In this document: piece after piece, positions 9,992-19,242 of the stretch
How positions within the stretch are numbered: the first letter of the stretch is position 1
Layout: each line of letters begins with the position of its first letter
From: an uncultured Candidatus Saccharibacteria bacterium
GTDB lineage: Bacteria > Patescibacteriota > Saccharimonadia > Saccharimonadales > JACDBH01
Reading direction: 5' to 3'
DNA length: 64,000 bases
Assembly: GCA_964529785.1 (NCBI GenBank)
Contig: CAZHAQ010000001.1
Coordinates: 37,502-101,501 of the forward strand
Translations under genes and position numbers: made by a program
Notes under the pieces: generated by a model
Told to the model about the DNA's origin: nothing
What the model saw: the letters and a program-made list of their open reading frames with translations, nothing else
Databases searched by the model: none

Positions 9992-12091
9992 GTGAAAATA
10001 TTCAAAAAAATCTCTATAGGTGTAGTGGTATTGCTCACACCCGTTATTATTATCAGTAGTACATCACAGCCTGTGAGCGCCGCTACAATTTCGGTATCAT
10101 CCGGAAATGATGGTCTTGTTAATAATAGCCAGTGCCAGCTATCAGAAGCAATTATAAACATAAATGATCAGGCACAGACTCATAGCGACTGCCCTTCAGG
10201 CAGCGGTAATGATGTAATAAAACTGCCGGAAGGAACAATCACCCTGACTGCAGATCTTCCGGTTTTAACAAAAAAAGTAAAAGTTGAAGGCCAGGGCTCG
10301 CAAAAAACCTTGATTGATGGCGCTGGTCAGTATCGGGCATTTTTAGCAAATGGCGATAACGTACAAGTGGAGTTCAGCGGATTAAAATTCCGGGCTTATG
10401 CTGGCAGGGCAATTTTCGCTATGAAAGTAACTAAAGCTACTGTTCACGACGTGGAGATTGATGGCACGGATGCGGTACCTGCTGAAATAGTGCCTGATGA
10501 TCCAAACTCTATGATGCTTATAGGCTTTGGGGTCTATCAAAATGAAGTTGAAGAAGTAGATGTAAGTATTAATAAATTATACGTACATGACTTAGACAGT
10601 AGTGGCAGCAGTGCTTCATTTACAGCGGGTGTAATCTCTATCAGCGCCGAAGGTACAGCCCAAACGATAAATGCAAAAAATATTACCGTTTCTGGCGTAA
10701 GATCTTCTGATCCAGAGGGTCAGTTAATGGGTGTCTGGACTACAGCAGGCCTCGGAGGCGGCAAGCACGGTTCAATACAAGGGACGTACGAAAATATAAC
10801 GGTTGAAAATATATACTCTGAGCAAAGTCTAAATGTCGCAGGGTTTGGCTTATCAAGTGTTGCTGAGCAGGAAGACAAATTAAGCAGTTCGCTTACTCTG
10901 AAAAACGCAACTATAAGAAACTTAAAATCGGCTAACGATCCTTACGGTATAAGCGGTGGAATAGGCGTTGCAGGGGGAACTTTTGCACCAACTGACAATT
11001 ACACCATTAACCTTAATCTGCAGAACGTTATTATTGCTGACATTGAGGTGGGCGGTCAGCCTAAAGGTTGTGGTAAAAATGATATAAGTGCGCTATTGGG
11101 GGGCGGCGGTAGCGTTAATATTATTTCTGAAAGCTTTGGTGGCAACATTGCGGACACTGCTTCTTGTGAACAGTTCTTTAATAACTCTGCTGATATAAAT
11201 AATCGGTCTAACCTTAAAGATACTCTCGGTACTATATCCAGTAACGGCACCGAGTTGCCAACCTTACCATTGCTGCCAGGAAGTCCGGCAATAGACAGAG
11301 GCGTCTGTGAGGGCGCTCCAAATACGGATGCTCGAGGAGTTTCTCGTCCTCAAGGTAAATCTTGCGACTCTGGCGCTTACGAACTAGAGCAGGCTAAAAT
11401 GGCAGCAATTGAAGGCATACAGAACCCTAAGACTGGTAAGGTAGTGTTTATAGACTCGCCTGCAGAGGGATCAGTCGTTAAGCAGGCTACGCTGCTGGAG
11501 CAATCGTCAGCTCCAAGCGATAAAGGATATAATTATCCTCTTGGCCTTGCAAGCTTTATCGTAGAAGGCGTACAGCCTGGCAGTACACAGACAATGAATG
11601 TCTATTTTGAAACCGCTGACAAAGCTAGCAGTTTTGTAGCAAGAAAACTAAATGATATTACTGGAGAATATAAAGACCTGCCAGGGGCTGTATTGACCAA
11701 CGAAACGCGAAATGGCAAGCCAGTTGTAAAGTTGAGTTATCAAATTACCGATGGAGGAGAGCTTGATCTTGACGGTGCAGTCAATGGTACATTTACGGAT
11801 CCCGTAGGGATTGCCAAGCAAAGCTCACTAGTCAACACTGGCGTTAAGGCTGCTGTTGTTTCATCCCTTAGCTTTATAATTGTTCTAACTACAATAGCCG
11901 TATATTTAGACTATAGGCGACATAAGGCTCCGCTGCTAGCTCTAGATATTTCAAAGAATAAAGAGCTGGCAAAGCACTACACTTTCTGGCACCACATTAA
12001 GGTGGTTACACTGCCTGTTATGAGGTATAGAGTTACATTTATAGTTGAGAAAAAGCTTATCTCCCCCGTGGTCCATAAAAGCGAAAAGTAG
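9992..12091 (+). CDS. Large secreted surface protein (CSLREA-like N-terminus, beta-helix, choice-of-anchor Q and U-like domains, C-terminal TM)
   Basis: Signal peptide; CQLSEAI; LLPGSPAIDRG..TDARG..RPQG..CDSGAYE; TDGGELDLDG..NG..TDPVG; LVNTG followed by a TM helix. Confidence 0.8.
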   Translation: MKIFKKISIGVVVLLTPVIIISSTSQPVSAATISVSSGNDGLVNNSQCQLSEAIININDQAQTHSDCPSGSGNDVIKLPEGTITLTADLPVLTKKVKVEGQGSQKTLIDGAGQYRAFLANGDNVQVEFSGLKFRAYAGRAIFAMKVTKATVHDVEIDGTDAVPAEIVPDDPNSMMLIGFGVYQNEVEEVDVSINKLYVHDLDSSGSSASFTAGVISISAEGTAQTINAKNITVSGVRSSDPEGQLMGVWTTAGLGGGKHGSIQGTYENITVENIYSEQSLNVAGFGLSSVAEQEDKLSSSLTLKNATIRNLKSANDPYGISGGIGVAGGTFAPTDNYTINLNLQNVIIADIEVGGQPKGCGKNDISALLGGGGSVNIISESFGGNIADTASCEQFFNNSADINNRSNLKDTLGTISSNGTELPTLPLLPGSPAIDRGVCEGAPNTDARGVSRPQGKSCDSGAYELEQAKMAAIEGIQNPKTGKVVFIDSPAEGSVVKQATLLEQSSAPSDKGYNYPLGLASFIVEGVQPGSTQTMNVYFETADKASSFVARKLNDITGEYKDLPGAVLTNETRNGKPVVKLSYQITDGGELDLDGAVNGTFTDPVGIAKQSSLVNTGVKAAVVSSLSFIIVLTTIAVYLDYRRHKAPLLALDISKNKELAKHYTFWHHIKVVTLPVMRYRVTFIVEKKLISPVVHKSEK

Positions 12092-12151
12092 CTTTTGCTT
12101 AATTGAAAAGCTTATGATATAATGTTGTATACTCCATTAAGGAGTTTACAT

Positions 12152-12555
12152 GGGGCTGTATAGCTCGACATTTGGACTTTTACAAGTTGGTGCCAGCAGG
12201 CCGGAATATCTGAACGTTATCCGGATGACTCAAATAGATGCAGAATCTCTGAAATCTATTGCAAAACAAGTTGCAAGCGCTTTCCGCGCACCACAGCTTG
12301 CTTTTGCAACAGCTGCCTAATTATTAGGTCAGCGACTGATAGCTCGATGTCAGATAGAGCGAACCAGTCTTATATACTTCTGACTGCTTAAGCATTATGA
12401 TCCGTAGTGCTTATTAAGACTTTAGGATTGCAGCGCATGAAGTTTTTGCTTATCTACATCTTCATGAACTTAAGAAACAATTTTAAATAAGCTAAGCCTG
12501 TAGAAAGCCAGCAAGTAACCGAATGGACGCGGGATCGTACCCGCCAGCTCCACCA
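12152..12555 (+). ncRNA. ssrA: tmRNA
   Basis: 5' GGGGCTG pairs with 3' CAGCTCC-ACCA including the G3:U70 Ala identity pair; T-arm GCGGG/CCCGC; internal tag frame 12240-12320 ends LAFATAA-stop; TGaTATAAT upstream. Confidence 0.95.
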
Positions 12556-12559
12556 AATG

Positions 12560-12590
12560 AGCATTATCTCTTTGAGATAGTGCTTTTTTG
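12560..12590 (+). terminator. Intrinsic terminator after tmRNA
   Basis: AGCATTATCTC-TTT-GAGATAGTGCT hairpin followed by a T run. Confidence 0.85.
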
Positions 12591-12631
12591 TTTGCTTAAA
12601 AATGGCAACCCTGATTATTAGGATTTATATT

Positions 12632-13516
12632 TTAATAATTAAATTCTTCTTGATAAGGATACTTTTCTAAAAAATCTTCCAGTAAGTCAGGATTAGATTT
12701 TACTTCATTAGCTTCATCATGGCTTTCTAGAATTAACTCAATAAGTTCTCGGGGGTTTGTAGCATTTAAAATACTTTTACCTATGTAGACTGCTTGTGCT
12801 CCCCTCAGATAAGTTCTAGCAATACGACTTAATAATCTCTGACTATCGGACTCTTTAACCCCATGGCCTAAACGAGATGCCAGTATTGTAGGCATAGGGA
12901 TACCTTCTTCCCCGGCTTGTCTGACTTTTTTAAGATAAAGGTCTGAAAGCAAAGTATCTGCATGTAGCTCAAATGCATCAAAAGGCATTCTAATACTGCT
13001 CAGGCATGAACTGGCTTCTTCCTCATGTAGTAAATCTTCCGTAGGCGCAAGTCTAGTCTGATCTATTCTACTAAAAACTTGAACTGGTCTTTCTTGAGAG
13101 TGGGCAACATCAAAAATGCCTTCTTTGGTAGCTTGTCTTTGCCCTCTAATAGTCTCCTTGGCTGGACTTAAGGTAATAGCATGAGGCAGGAGCAGTCTAC
13201 CTGCATTATCATAGACTGAAAGTAGGCTTCTTGTGGCAGTAGACATTTCTTCTACGCCGTCATGTAGCTGGCTATCTAGTACGACAAATCTGCCGGACTC
13301 ATAAGCGTAAGTTCTAATCTTTAAGTCTTGATCGTGCCATCTGGGTATTTTTACTCCAACTCTGCTGCTAATATCCTCGGGTAAGCTGTCTAGCTTATTG
13401 AACATAAATTCAAAAGACCGAGCCGAATCAACTAAATCCAGAGCCACAATTAAAGGTGGAACTGGTAGTAAAGCATCAGTTGCTTCTGGGTTAGATTCTA
13501 TAACAGACATATACAC
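12632..13516 (-). CDS. Divergent OMP-decarboxylase (PyrF)-like TIM-barrel protein, probably catalytically altered
   Basis: LIVALD, VGVKI, VVLDSQLHD (canonical DxKxxD with K replaced by Q), GAQAVYIGKSILNATNP. Confidence 0.65.
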   Translation of the reverse strand: MYMSVIESNPEATDALLPVPPLIVALDLVDSARSFEFMFNKLDSLPEDISSRVGVKIPRWHDQDLKIRTYAYESGRFVVLDSQLHDGVEEMSTATRSLLSVYDNAGRLLLPHAITLSPAKETIRGQRQATKEGIFDVAHSQERPVQVFSRIDQTRLAPTEDLLHEEEASSCLSSIRMPFDAFELHADTLLSDLYLKKVRQAGEEGIPMPTILASRLGHGVKESDSQRLLSRIARTYLRGAQAVYIGKSILNATNPRELIELILESHDEANEVKSNPDLLEDFLEKYPYQEEFNY

Positions 13517-13598
13517 TCTATCGTATAAAATTTATGTTCTATAACCAAGTGAAATTTATAAAATATCATTTATTTGACAAAGAGCGTACAATAATAGT

Positions 13599-13790
13599 GT
13601 GAAAGAATACAATTTAGATGAGCCTGAATTTGAAGAAATTCTTCCTTGCTCCGACAAACTGGCATTTGATACTAAGAAAGCTGCTCAGGCTACTGCGACA
13701 ACCTCAGCTTATCAGAACGGCGGCAGCGTTAAGCCCTATAAGTGCCAGTATTGCCATTTATGGCATCTGGCTACTGATTATGAGCAGTAG
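13599..13790 (+). CDS. Small putative zinc-binding protein
   Basis: C-x2-K-x2-F and YKCQYCHLWHL pattern; TACAAT 6 nt before the GTG. Confidence 0.75.
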   Translation: MKEYNLDEPEFEEILPCSDKLAFDTKKAAQATATTSAYQNGGSVKPYKCQYCHLWHLATDYEQ

Positions 13791-13808
13791 GTATCCAAAG
13801 GGGTGCGC

Positions 13809-14006
13809 TTAAGAAGCTTTATGTTTTTTTCTAATTTTTAAAATAATAAATGTTATAAAAGCTAACACGGCTCCTGCAATTAAGATGACTTCAGCTAGCG
13901 GTAGAGATGTATCCTGGCTGTTCATAAACATCTCAAGTTCTTGAGGCTCAACAGGTTTTACAACCTGGGAAAAGTTGGTTAAGGCTAGATGTGATGCATA
14001 ATTCAT
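13809..14006 (-). CDS. Small single-TM membrane protein
   Basis: Hydrophobic helix followed by a basic tail KIRKKHK; purine-rich AGGTAG upstream. Confidence 0.6.
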   Translation of the reverse strand: MNYASHLALTNFSQVVKPVEPQELEMFMNSQDTSLPLAEVILIAGAVLAFITFIILKIRKKHKAS

Positions 14007-14084
14007 TTTTTCTACCTAACTGATTCTTGAAGTTATTATCATAAGCTGTTCAAAACTTGTCAAGCCTATGATAAAGTTCTACTA

Positions 14085-15344
14085 ATGGTTATATCAAAAA
14101 TTAAAAGCTCTCTCATTAGGCATCGTACAGGAATTAATCAAAAGTCTTTGATTAAGGCTTTGGATTTTATTGATTCGCATTGGGATAACTTGTACCGGCA
14201 TCACAATGAAGATAACGGCACCCTGGTTGGGTTGCCATACCCTTATGTTGTGCCCGCGTCCGATCCTAAGGCCGCATTCGCATTTGAGGAGCAATACTAC
14301 TGGGACAGTTATTTTACCGCTCTCGGACTAACTGATTCCAAGCATCATATACTTGTTGAAGGCATGCTGGAGAATCTGCTGTTTATGTTTAGGCGCTTTG
14401 GCCTAGTGCCTAATGCTTCAAGGATGTATTTTACAGGTCGTTCTCAGCCGCCAGTTTTAACAAGTTTTATACTTCATGTACGTGATACTTACGACAAGTC
14501 AAATGACTGGCTTGAGCAAAAAATGGCAATTGCCCAGCAAGAGTATTCTACGGTTTGGATGAGTACTGCTCACCCAAAGTGGCATAATGTACACAGAGGC
14601 TTAAGTCGCTACTATGACATAAACGTACTTCATGACCTTGCAGAAGCCGAAAGCGGCTGGGACATGACGCCCCGTTTTGAGCGTAAATGCCTAGACTATC
14701 TGCCGGTAGATCTTAATGCTCTGCTTTTTAAGTACGAAATGGATTTTGCCAGAACAGAGGAAATTCTTGGCAATGAAAAAGCTGCTCGAAAATGGAAAAG
14801 ACAGGCCGAAAAGCGCAAGACCACAATGGATGAGCTTATGTGGGGCAAGATTAGAGGTTTTTATTTTGACTATAATTTTCAGAGGGAGGCGCTTGGAGAC
14901 GTTTGGTCGCTTGCAGGTTATTATCCTATGTGGGCAGGCATGGTTACTCCTAAGCAGGCGAAAGGTCTTGTAGACAACTTATACCGGTTTGAAAAGAAAT
15001 CTGGCCTAACTACTACAATGAGACCACTGCTTGATACTACCGTGCTTTTTGGCTCTCTAAAGGCACAGTGGGCTCATCCTAATGGCTGGGCTCCTCTTCA
15101 TTATTTCGTGGTAGAAGGACTTCGGCGCTACGGCTATGAAGAAGAAGCCAAACGCATCGCGACTGCCTGGGTAAAGACTAATTTAGACTGGTTTGATATC
15201 CATGGCGAATTCTTAGAAAAATATAATGTAGTTAATCCTAAGAAAAAACCGCTGGAGGGAGTTTATCCGTCCCAGACTGGATTTGGCTGGACTAATTCTA
15301 TTTTTATAAAGTTTGTTAAGGACTTTAATTTAAAAGAAGAGTAG
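14085..15344 (+). CDS. Trehalase (glycoside hydrolase family 37)
   Basis: YYWDSYF, RSQPP, AESGWD, PVDLN, QW..PNGWAPL, EKYNV, GFGWTN motifs. Confidence 0.93.
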   Translation: MVISKIKSSLIRHRTGINQKSLIKALDFIDSHWDNLYRHHNEDNGTLVGLPYPYVVPASDPKAAFAFEEQYYWDSYFTALGLTDSKHHILVEGMLENLLFMFRRFGLVPNASRMYFTGRSQPPVLTSFILHVRDTYDKSNDWLEQKMAIAQQEYSTVWMSTAHPKWHNVHRGLSRYYDINVLHDLAEAESGWDMTPRFERKCLDYLPVDLNALLFKYEMDFARTEEILGNEKAARKWKRQAEKRKTTMDELMWGKIRGFYFDYNFQREALGDVWSLAGYYPMWAGMVTPKQAKGLVDNLYRFEKKSGLTTTMRPLLDTTVLFGSLKAQWAHPNGWAPLHYFVVEGLRRYGYEEEAKRIATAWVKTNLDWFDIHGEFLEKYNVVNPKKKPLEGVYPSQTGFGWTNSIFIKFVKDFNLKEE

Positions 15345-15375
15345 ACTGGTAAGTACATTAAGCGGAGATAGTCAG

Positions 15376-15693
15376 GTGCCATCAAAATACGACAGTATGT
15401 CACTCGCAGATTACCAGGAGATGTTTAAGGCAATTTTAGCTGCACGTGGCTTTGATAAAGAAACGATACCGGAAAAGTTTATGCTGCTTCTAGAAGAGGC
15501 GGGTGAATTTGCTAAATCAGCACGTAAGGTTAGCGGTGTTAAGGTTGCTAGTGATCCTAAAATTCAAAATATGAATGATGAAGCGGCTGACGTGTTTATC
15601 CTTTTAATTGATCTTTGCAACAGTCTTAATATTGATCTTGCTCAAGCTGTCGCGGATAAAGAAGCTGAAAATTCTAATCGTGAATGGCAGTAA
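15376..15693 (+). CDS. MazG-like nucleotide pyrophosphohydrolase
   Basis: LLEEAGE and DEAADV all-alpha NTP-PPase motifs; GGAG SD upstream. Confidence 0.88.
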   Translation: MPSKYDSMSLADYQEMFKAILAARGFDKETIPEKFMLLLEEAGEFAKSARKVSGVKVASDPKIQNMNDEAADVFILLIDLCNSLNIDLAQAVADKEAENSNREWQ

Positions 15694-15754
15694 AGTTAGC
15701 CCGACTCTTTATACCAGGGTGTAATATGCTGATAAAAGGTGATAAGATACAGCT

Positions 15755-15799
15755 ATGATTATCGTTTGTCTATATAACTCAAATACGATGATGCCCTAG
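15755..15799 (+). promoter_or_regulatory. Candidate leader peptide MIIVCLYNSNTMMP upstream of metG
   Basis: 14-codon ORF with tandem ATG ATG near its end; stop codon lies in a GCCC-TAGC-GGGC hairpin; a T tract follows. Confidence 0.45.
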
Positions 15800-15861
15800 C
15801 GGGCTGCTTAATTATTTCTTTTTTTCAAAAACTCTTATAATCAATTAAATCAAGAAAAGAT

Positions 15862-17316
15862 ATGTCTAATAACTTTCTAATCACTACATCCATTCCTTAT
15901 ATAAATGGCGAACCTCATCTTGGTCATGCTATGGAATTTCTAGCTGCCGACGTGCTTGCGCGTTATGCAAGGTCTCAAAAGATGTCAGCTATATTTACTA
16001 CTGGCACTGATGAACATGGCAGCAAGGTAGCGGAGGCTGCCACGAAAAACAATATTACGCCAAAACAGCTGGCAGATATAAATGCCGAAAAGTTCAAGGA
16101 ACTATTAAGGCAGCTTAATATTAGCAACGACAGGTTTATTAGAACTACTGATAAAGGCCATGAGCAGCGAGCTCAGGTTATATGGAAAAATCTATCAGCT
16201 GATATTTACAAAGGTAAATATATTGGTTGGTATGATGTAAGGCAGGAAGAATTTGTGCCAGAAAGCCAAATTGATCCGGAGAGAACTAAGCCAGATCATC
16301 CTAAAGCTTATCAGCGAGTTGAAGAAGAGAATTATTTTTTTAGGTTAAGCAAATACACTAACCAGATTAAAGAAGCTATAGAAACAAATCAATTTAGAAT
16401 AATGCCAGAAACCAGGCGCAACGAGATACTTAGTCTGCTTAAAGAGGGCCTGGAAGATATTAGTATATCAAGACCTAAGGAAAAAATATCTTGGGGTGTG
16501 CCGGTACCTGGAGACACAAAGCAGGTTATGTATGTCTGGTTTGAAGCATTGATGAACTATATAACAGTGCTTGGATATCCAGAGCATAAAGATTTTAAAG
16601 ATTTTTGGCCAGCTAACTACCAAATTATTGGTAAGGATATATTAAGGTTTCATGCAGCAGTTTGGCCTGGAATGCTGATTGCTTTAGGCTTGAAGCTGCC
16701 TGCCAACTTGTACGTTCATGGTTTTGTTAATATTAATGGCTCTAAGATGAGTAAGAGCGATGGTAATGTGGTGGCGCCAAGTGAAATTATAGAAAAATAC
16801 GGTGTTGATGCATTTAGATATTATTTCTTGCGTAAAATACCTAGCTACAATGACGGCGATTTTTCTTGGGAGCTATTTGACCGCGCTTATCACAACGAAC
16901 TTGCCAACGAATTAGGCAATGCTGTACAACGAACTGTTGCTATGATTGAAAAGTATCAGCAGGGATTAATTGGGGATATGCCGCCAGCATCACATGACGC
17001 TGCGCCGTATCACGAGGCAGTTCAAACTTGCCGATTTGATAGGGCCATGGATGAAATTTGGGACCAGGTTAGAAGCTTAAACCAGTACATAGACGAGCAA
17101 AAGCCGTGGGTGATTGCCAAAGGCGGCGATGCTGAACACCTTAGAGAAGTGCTGGCTTATATGACTAGCTGTCTGCTAGAGATTGCCGGGCTGCTTGCTC
17201 CATTTCTTCCAGACACGGCTCAGTCTATTAACAATATTTTTTCCGAAGGTATTCTTAGAAAGCCAAGAACAGTTCTATTTCCACGCATAGAAAATATAGA
17301 AAATCCAGTCTCTTAA
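15862..17316 (+). CDS. metG: Methionyl-tRNA synthetase (short form)
   Basis: PYINGEPHLGH (HIGH), GTDEHG, YVWFEAL, GKDILRFH, KMSKS motifs. Confidence 0.97.
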   Translation: MSNNFLITTSIPYINGEPHLGHAMEFLAADVLARYARSQKMSAIFTTGTDEHGSKVAEAATKNNITPKQLADINAEKFKELLRQLNISNDRFIRTTDKGHEQRAQVIWKNLSADIYKGKYIGWYDVRQEEFVPESQIDPERTKPDHPKAYQRVEEENYFFRLSKYTNQIKEAIETNQFRIMPETRRNEILSLLKEGLEDISISRPKEKISWGVPVPGDTKQVMYVWFEALMNYITVLGYPEHKDFKDFWPANYQIIGKDILRFHAAVWPGMLIALGLKLPANLYVHGFVNINGSKMSKSDGNVVAPSEIIEKYGVDAFRYYFLRKIPSYNDGDFSWELFDRAYHNELANELGNAVQRTVAMIEKYQQGLIGDMPPASHDAAPYHEAVQTCRFDRAMDEIWDQVRSLNQYIDEQKPWVIAKGGDAEHLREVLAYMTSCLLEIAGLLAPFLPDTAQSINNIFSEGILRKPRTVLFPRIENIENPVS

Positions 17317-17431
17317 CTATATAGAATCGCCAATCAGATATGCAGCTGTAGCCGCTGAAGCTACTTGGTGTATTCTTACATATGGTACGGGCGTCGGCTC
17401 TATGCTTCTAGTTAGCCAATAGCCGATATAA

Positions 17432-17683
17432 AGTGCAGCATGGAAAGGCGGTCAGGAGCTTAGAGAAAGCTTAGATATGCTAATTGTGCCTAGACCGGGA
17501 GAGGAGCTGCCGGATGAGGCCAGAAATATTAGGCATTTACTGCTTCCTGGTTTAGTTGAACTAAACGTCTCATCTTCTGCCGTCCGCGAGATAGTCAGAA
17601 ATGAACAAGATCTTAGCGGATTTGTTAGCCAGGCAATATCTACCTATATTAGGAAGAATCGTTGCTATGTCGCGGTACAATAA
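17432..17683 (+). pseudogene. nadD: C-terminal remnant of nicotinate-nucleotide adenylyltransferase (NadD-like)
   Basis: WKGGQEL..LIVPRPG..VSSSAVRE..FVSQAISTYIRKNRCY matches the NadD C-terminal half; in-frame TAA at 17429-17431; no N-terminal HxGH motif. Confidence 0.7.
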
Positions 17684-17688
17684 TATGT

Positions 17689-18456
17689 ATGGAGTTAGTA
17701 GACACACACTGTCATATACAGTTTAATGATTATCCGCTGGAAGTGGATGAAGTTTTAACCTCGGCAAAACAGGCTGGAGTAACCAAGCTGATTGCAGTCG
17801 GATGTAGATTATCAGATAGCAGACAGGCAGTAGAAATGGCTACTCGCTCTGACAGTATCTGGGCAAGCATAGGCCTGCACCCGCACGAAGCGTCAAGATA
17901 TGTTCATGACCATCATGCTTTACAGCAATTTCATGATTTGGCCAGCCATAAGAAGGTAGTCGCTATAGGTGAAGCTGGGCTTGATTATTACTACGAGAAT
18001 TCTCCGCGCGAAGACCAGAAAAAACTACTTAAATTTCAGCTTGATATAGCAGTAGAACATAATCTGCCATTAATTTTTCATGTGCGAGATGCATTTTCGG
18101 ATTTCTGGACAGTTTTGGACGAGTATACCGGCATAAAAGGAGTGGTCCATAGCTTTAGCTCGGATAAAAAAGATTTAGAAGATATTCTATTAAGAGGGCT
18201 ATATGTTGGCTTAAACGGTATCATGACCTTTTCCAAGCGCCAGGATCAACTAGAGGCAGCAAAGGCTGTACCATTAGATAAATTACTCCTTGAAACAGAC
18301 GCCCCTTTCTTGACTCCTGTGCCTTTTCGTGGTAAAATCGGAGAGCCAAAATATGTGCGTACGGTAGCGGAGTTTTTAGCTGAACTCAGGGAGGAGAAGC
18401 TAGATAAGCTAGCTGCTGCTACAACGCTTAATGCACAGAAGCTGTTTAAATTATGA
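17689..18456 (+). CDS. tatD: TatD family DNase
   Basis: DTHCH, GLHPH, AIGEAGLDY, FHVRDA, HSFS, LETDAPFL motifs. Start moved to ATG 17689, 7 nt after TACAAT. Confidence 0.95.
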   Translation: MELVDTHCHIQFNDYPLEVDEVLTSAKQAGVTKLIAVGCRLSDSRQAVEMATRSDSIWASIGLHPHEASRYVHDHHALQQFHDLASHKKVVAIGEAGLDYYYENSPREDQKKLLKFQLDIAVEHNLPLIFHVRDAFSDFWTVLDEYTGIKGVVHSFSSDKKDLEDILLRGLYVGLNGIMTFSKRQDQLEAAKAVPLDKLLLETDAPFLTPVPFRGKIGEPKYVRTVAEFLAELREEKLDKLAAATTLNAQKLFKL

Positions 18457-18848
18457 TTAGATATCCAAATACAGACCAAAACCCTGAGCAGTCTCGTGAT
18501 GTGCCGCCTTCTGTGCGGTCTAGACTTAATGTTACCTCAGCATCAGAGCTATTTATAAATGCAGCTACAGATGCTGCCTATAGGGAGCATCTACTTAAAG
18601 AATCTGCAAGACAGAATAATTTGGAGACAAAAGTGCCTAGTCTTGCCATGAATAGAATGGTAGATTATGTGCCACCTAAGCCCGAACTTCAGACAAGTGA
18701 TAAGCCGGCTGTTGATTATGTATCCGAATCTGCTGACGACTCCTCAGTTCCAGCTTTAACGGGTCAGGTAATGAGCGATTGGGACCTTGAAAGAAAAGCT
18801 ATGATGGAGAAGGCAAGACAGGAAATGCAAAATGGCTTCAATAATTAA
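18453..18848 (+). CDS. Hypothetical protein
   Basis: ATGA overlap with the tatD stop; no recognisable motif. Confidence 0.6.
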   Translation: MIRYPNTDQNPEQSRDVPPSVRSRLNVTSASELFINAATDAAYREHLLKESARQNNLETKVPSLAMNRMVDYVPPKPELQTSDKPAVDYVSESADDSSVPALTGQVMSDWDLERKAMMEKARQEMQNGFNN

Positions 18849-19212
18849 GAAAATTATTTCTGGGAGCATAGCCCATCGCCAAGAAGAGCGGGAGGCTGAA
18901 CTCTACAGGGCGTTGATTAGGCGTGAAGCTAAAATAGGCGGTCAGTTGTTTGGGCCCGTCCCCGAAGGCTGCCGACGTGAATTTTTCTGCCTAGACGAGC
19001 GTACATGGGTGTGGCATGAAGAATGGACGGACTCAGAAGGCAAGCGGCAAGTGCGCACAACCAGGTATGATGTTCGTCCCTCTGGCATATTGAAAGCTCA
19101 GGATGGACAAAATTACCAGCCAGTTACAAGCAGTGAGGCTTTAAGGCTGAGAAGTGCAGTCCACTCTTATAATAAGCGTATCCGTAGCGATCTTTATGCT
19201 GCCTATCTTTAG
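18832..19212 (+). CDS. Conserved hypothetical protein
   Basis: Aromatic-rich motif GGQLFGP..RREFFCLDERTWVWHEEW; AGGA SD upstream. Confidence 0.75.
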   Translation: MASIIKKIISGSIAHRQEEREAELYRALIRREAKIGGQLFGPVPEGCRREFFCLDERTWVWHEEWTDSEGKRQVRTTRYDVRPSGILKAQDGQNYQPVTSSEALRLRSAVHSYNKRIRSDLYAAYL

Positions 19213-19242
19213 GCTTTATACTTATTAAAATAATAACGCAAT

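Noticed and set aside
12556-14084. tmRNA-integrated prophage or genomic island
   Set aside because: No integrase and no visible duplicate of the tmRNA 3' end in the window; only a few orphan genes.
15694-15861. T-box or SAM riboswitch upstream of metG
   Set aside because: No T-box AAGGTGGTACCGCG-like sequence or SAM-I core is seen; the short leader ORF is the better-supported feature.
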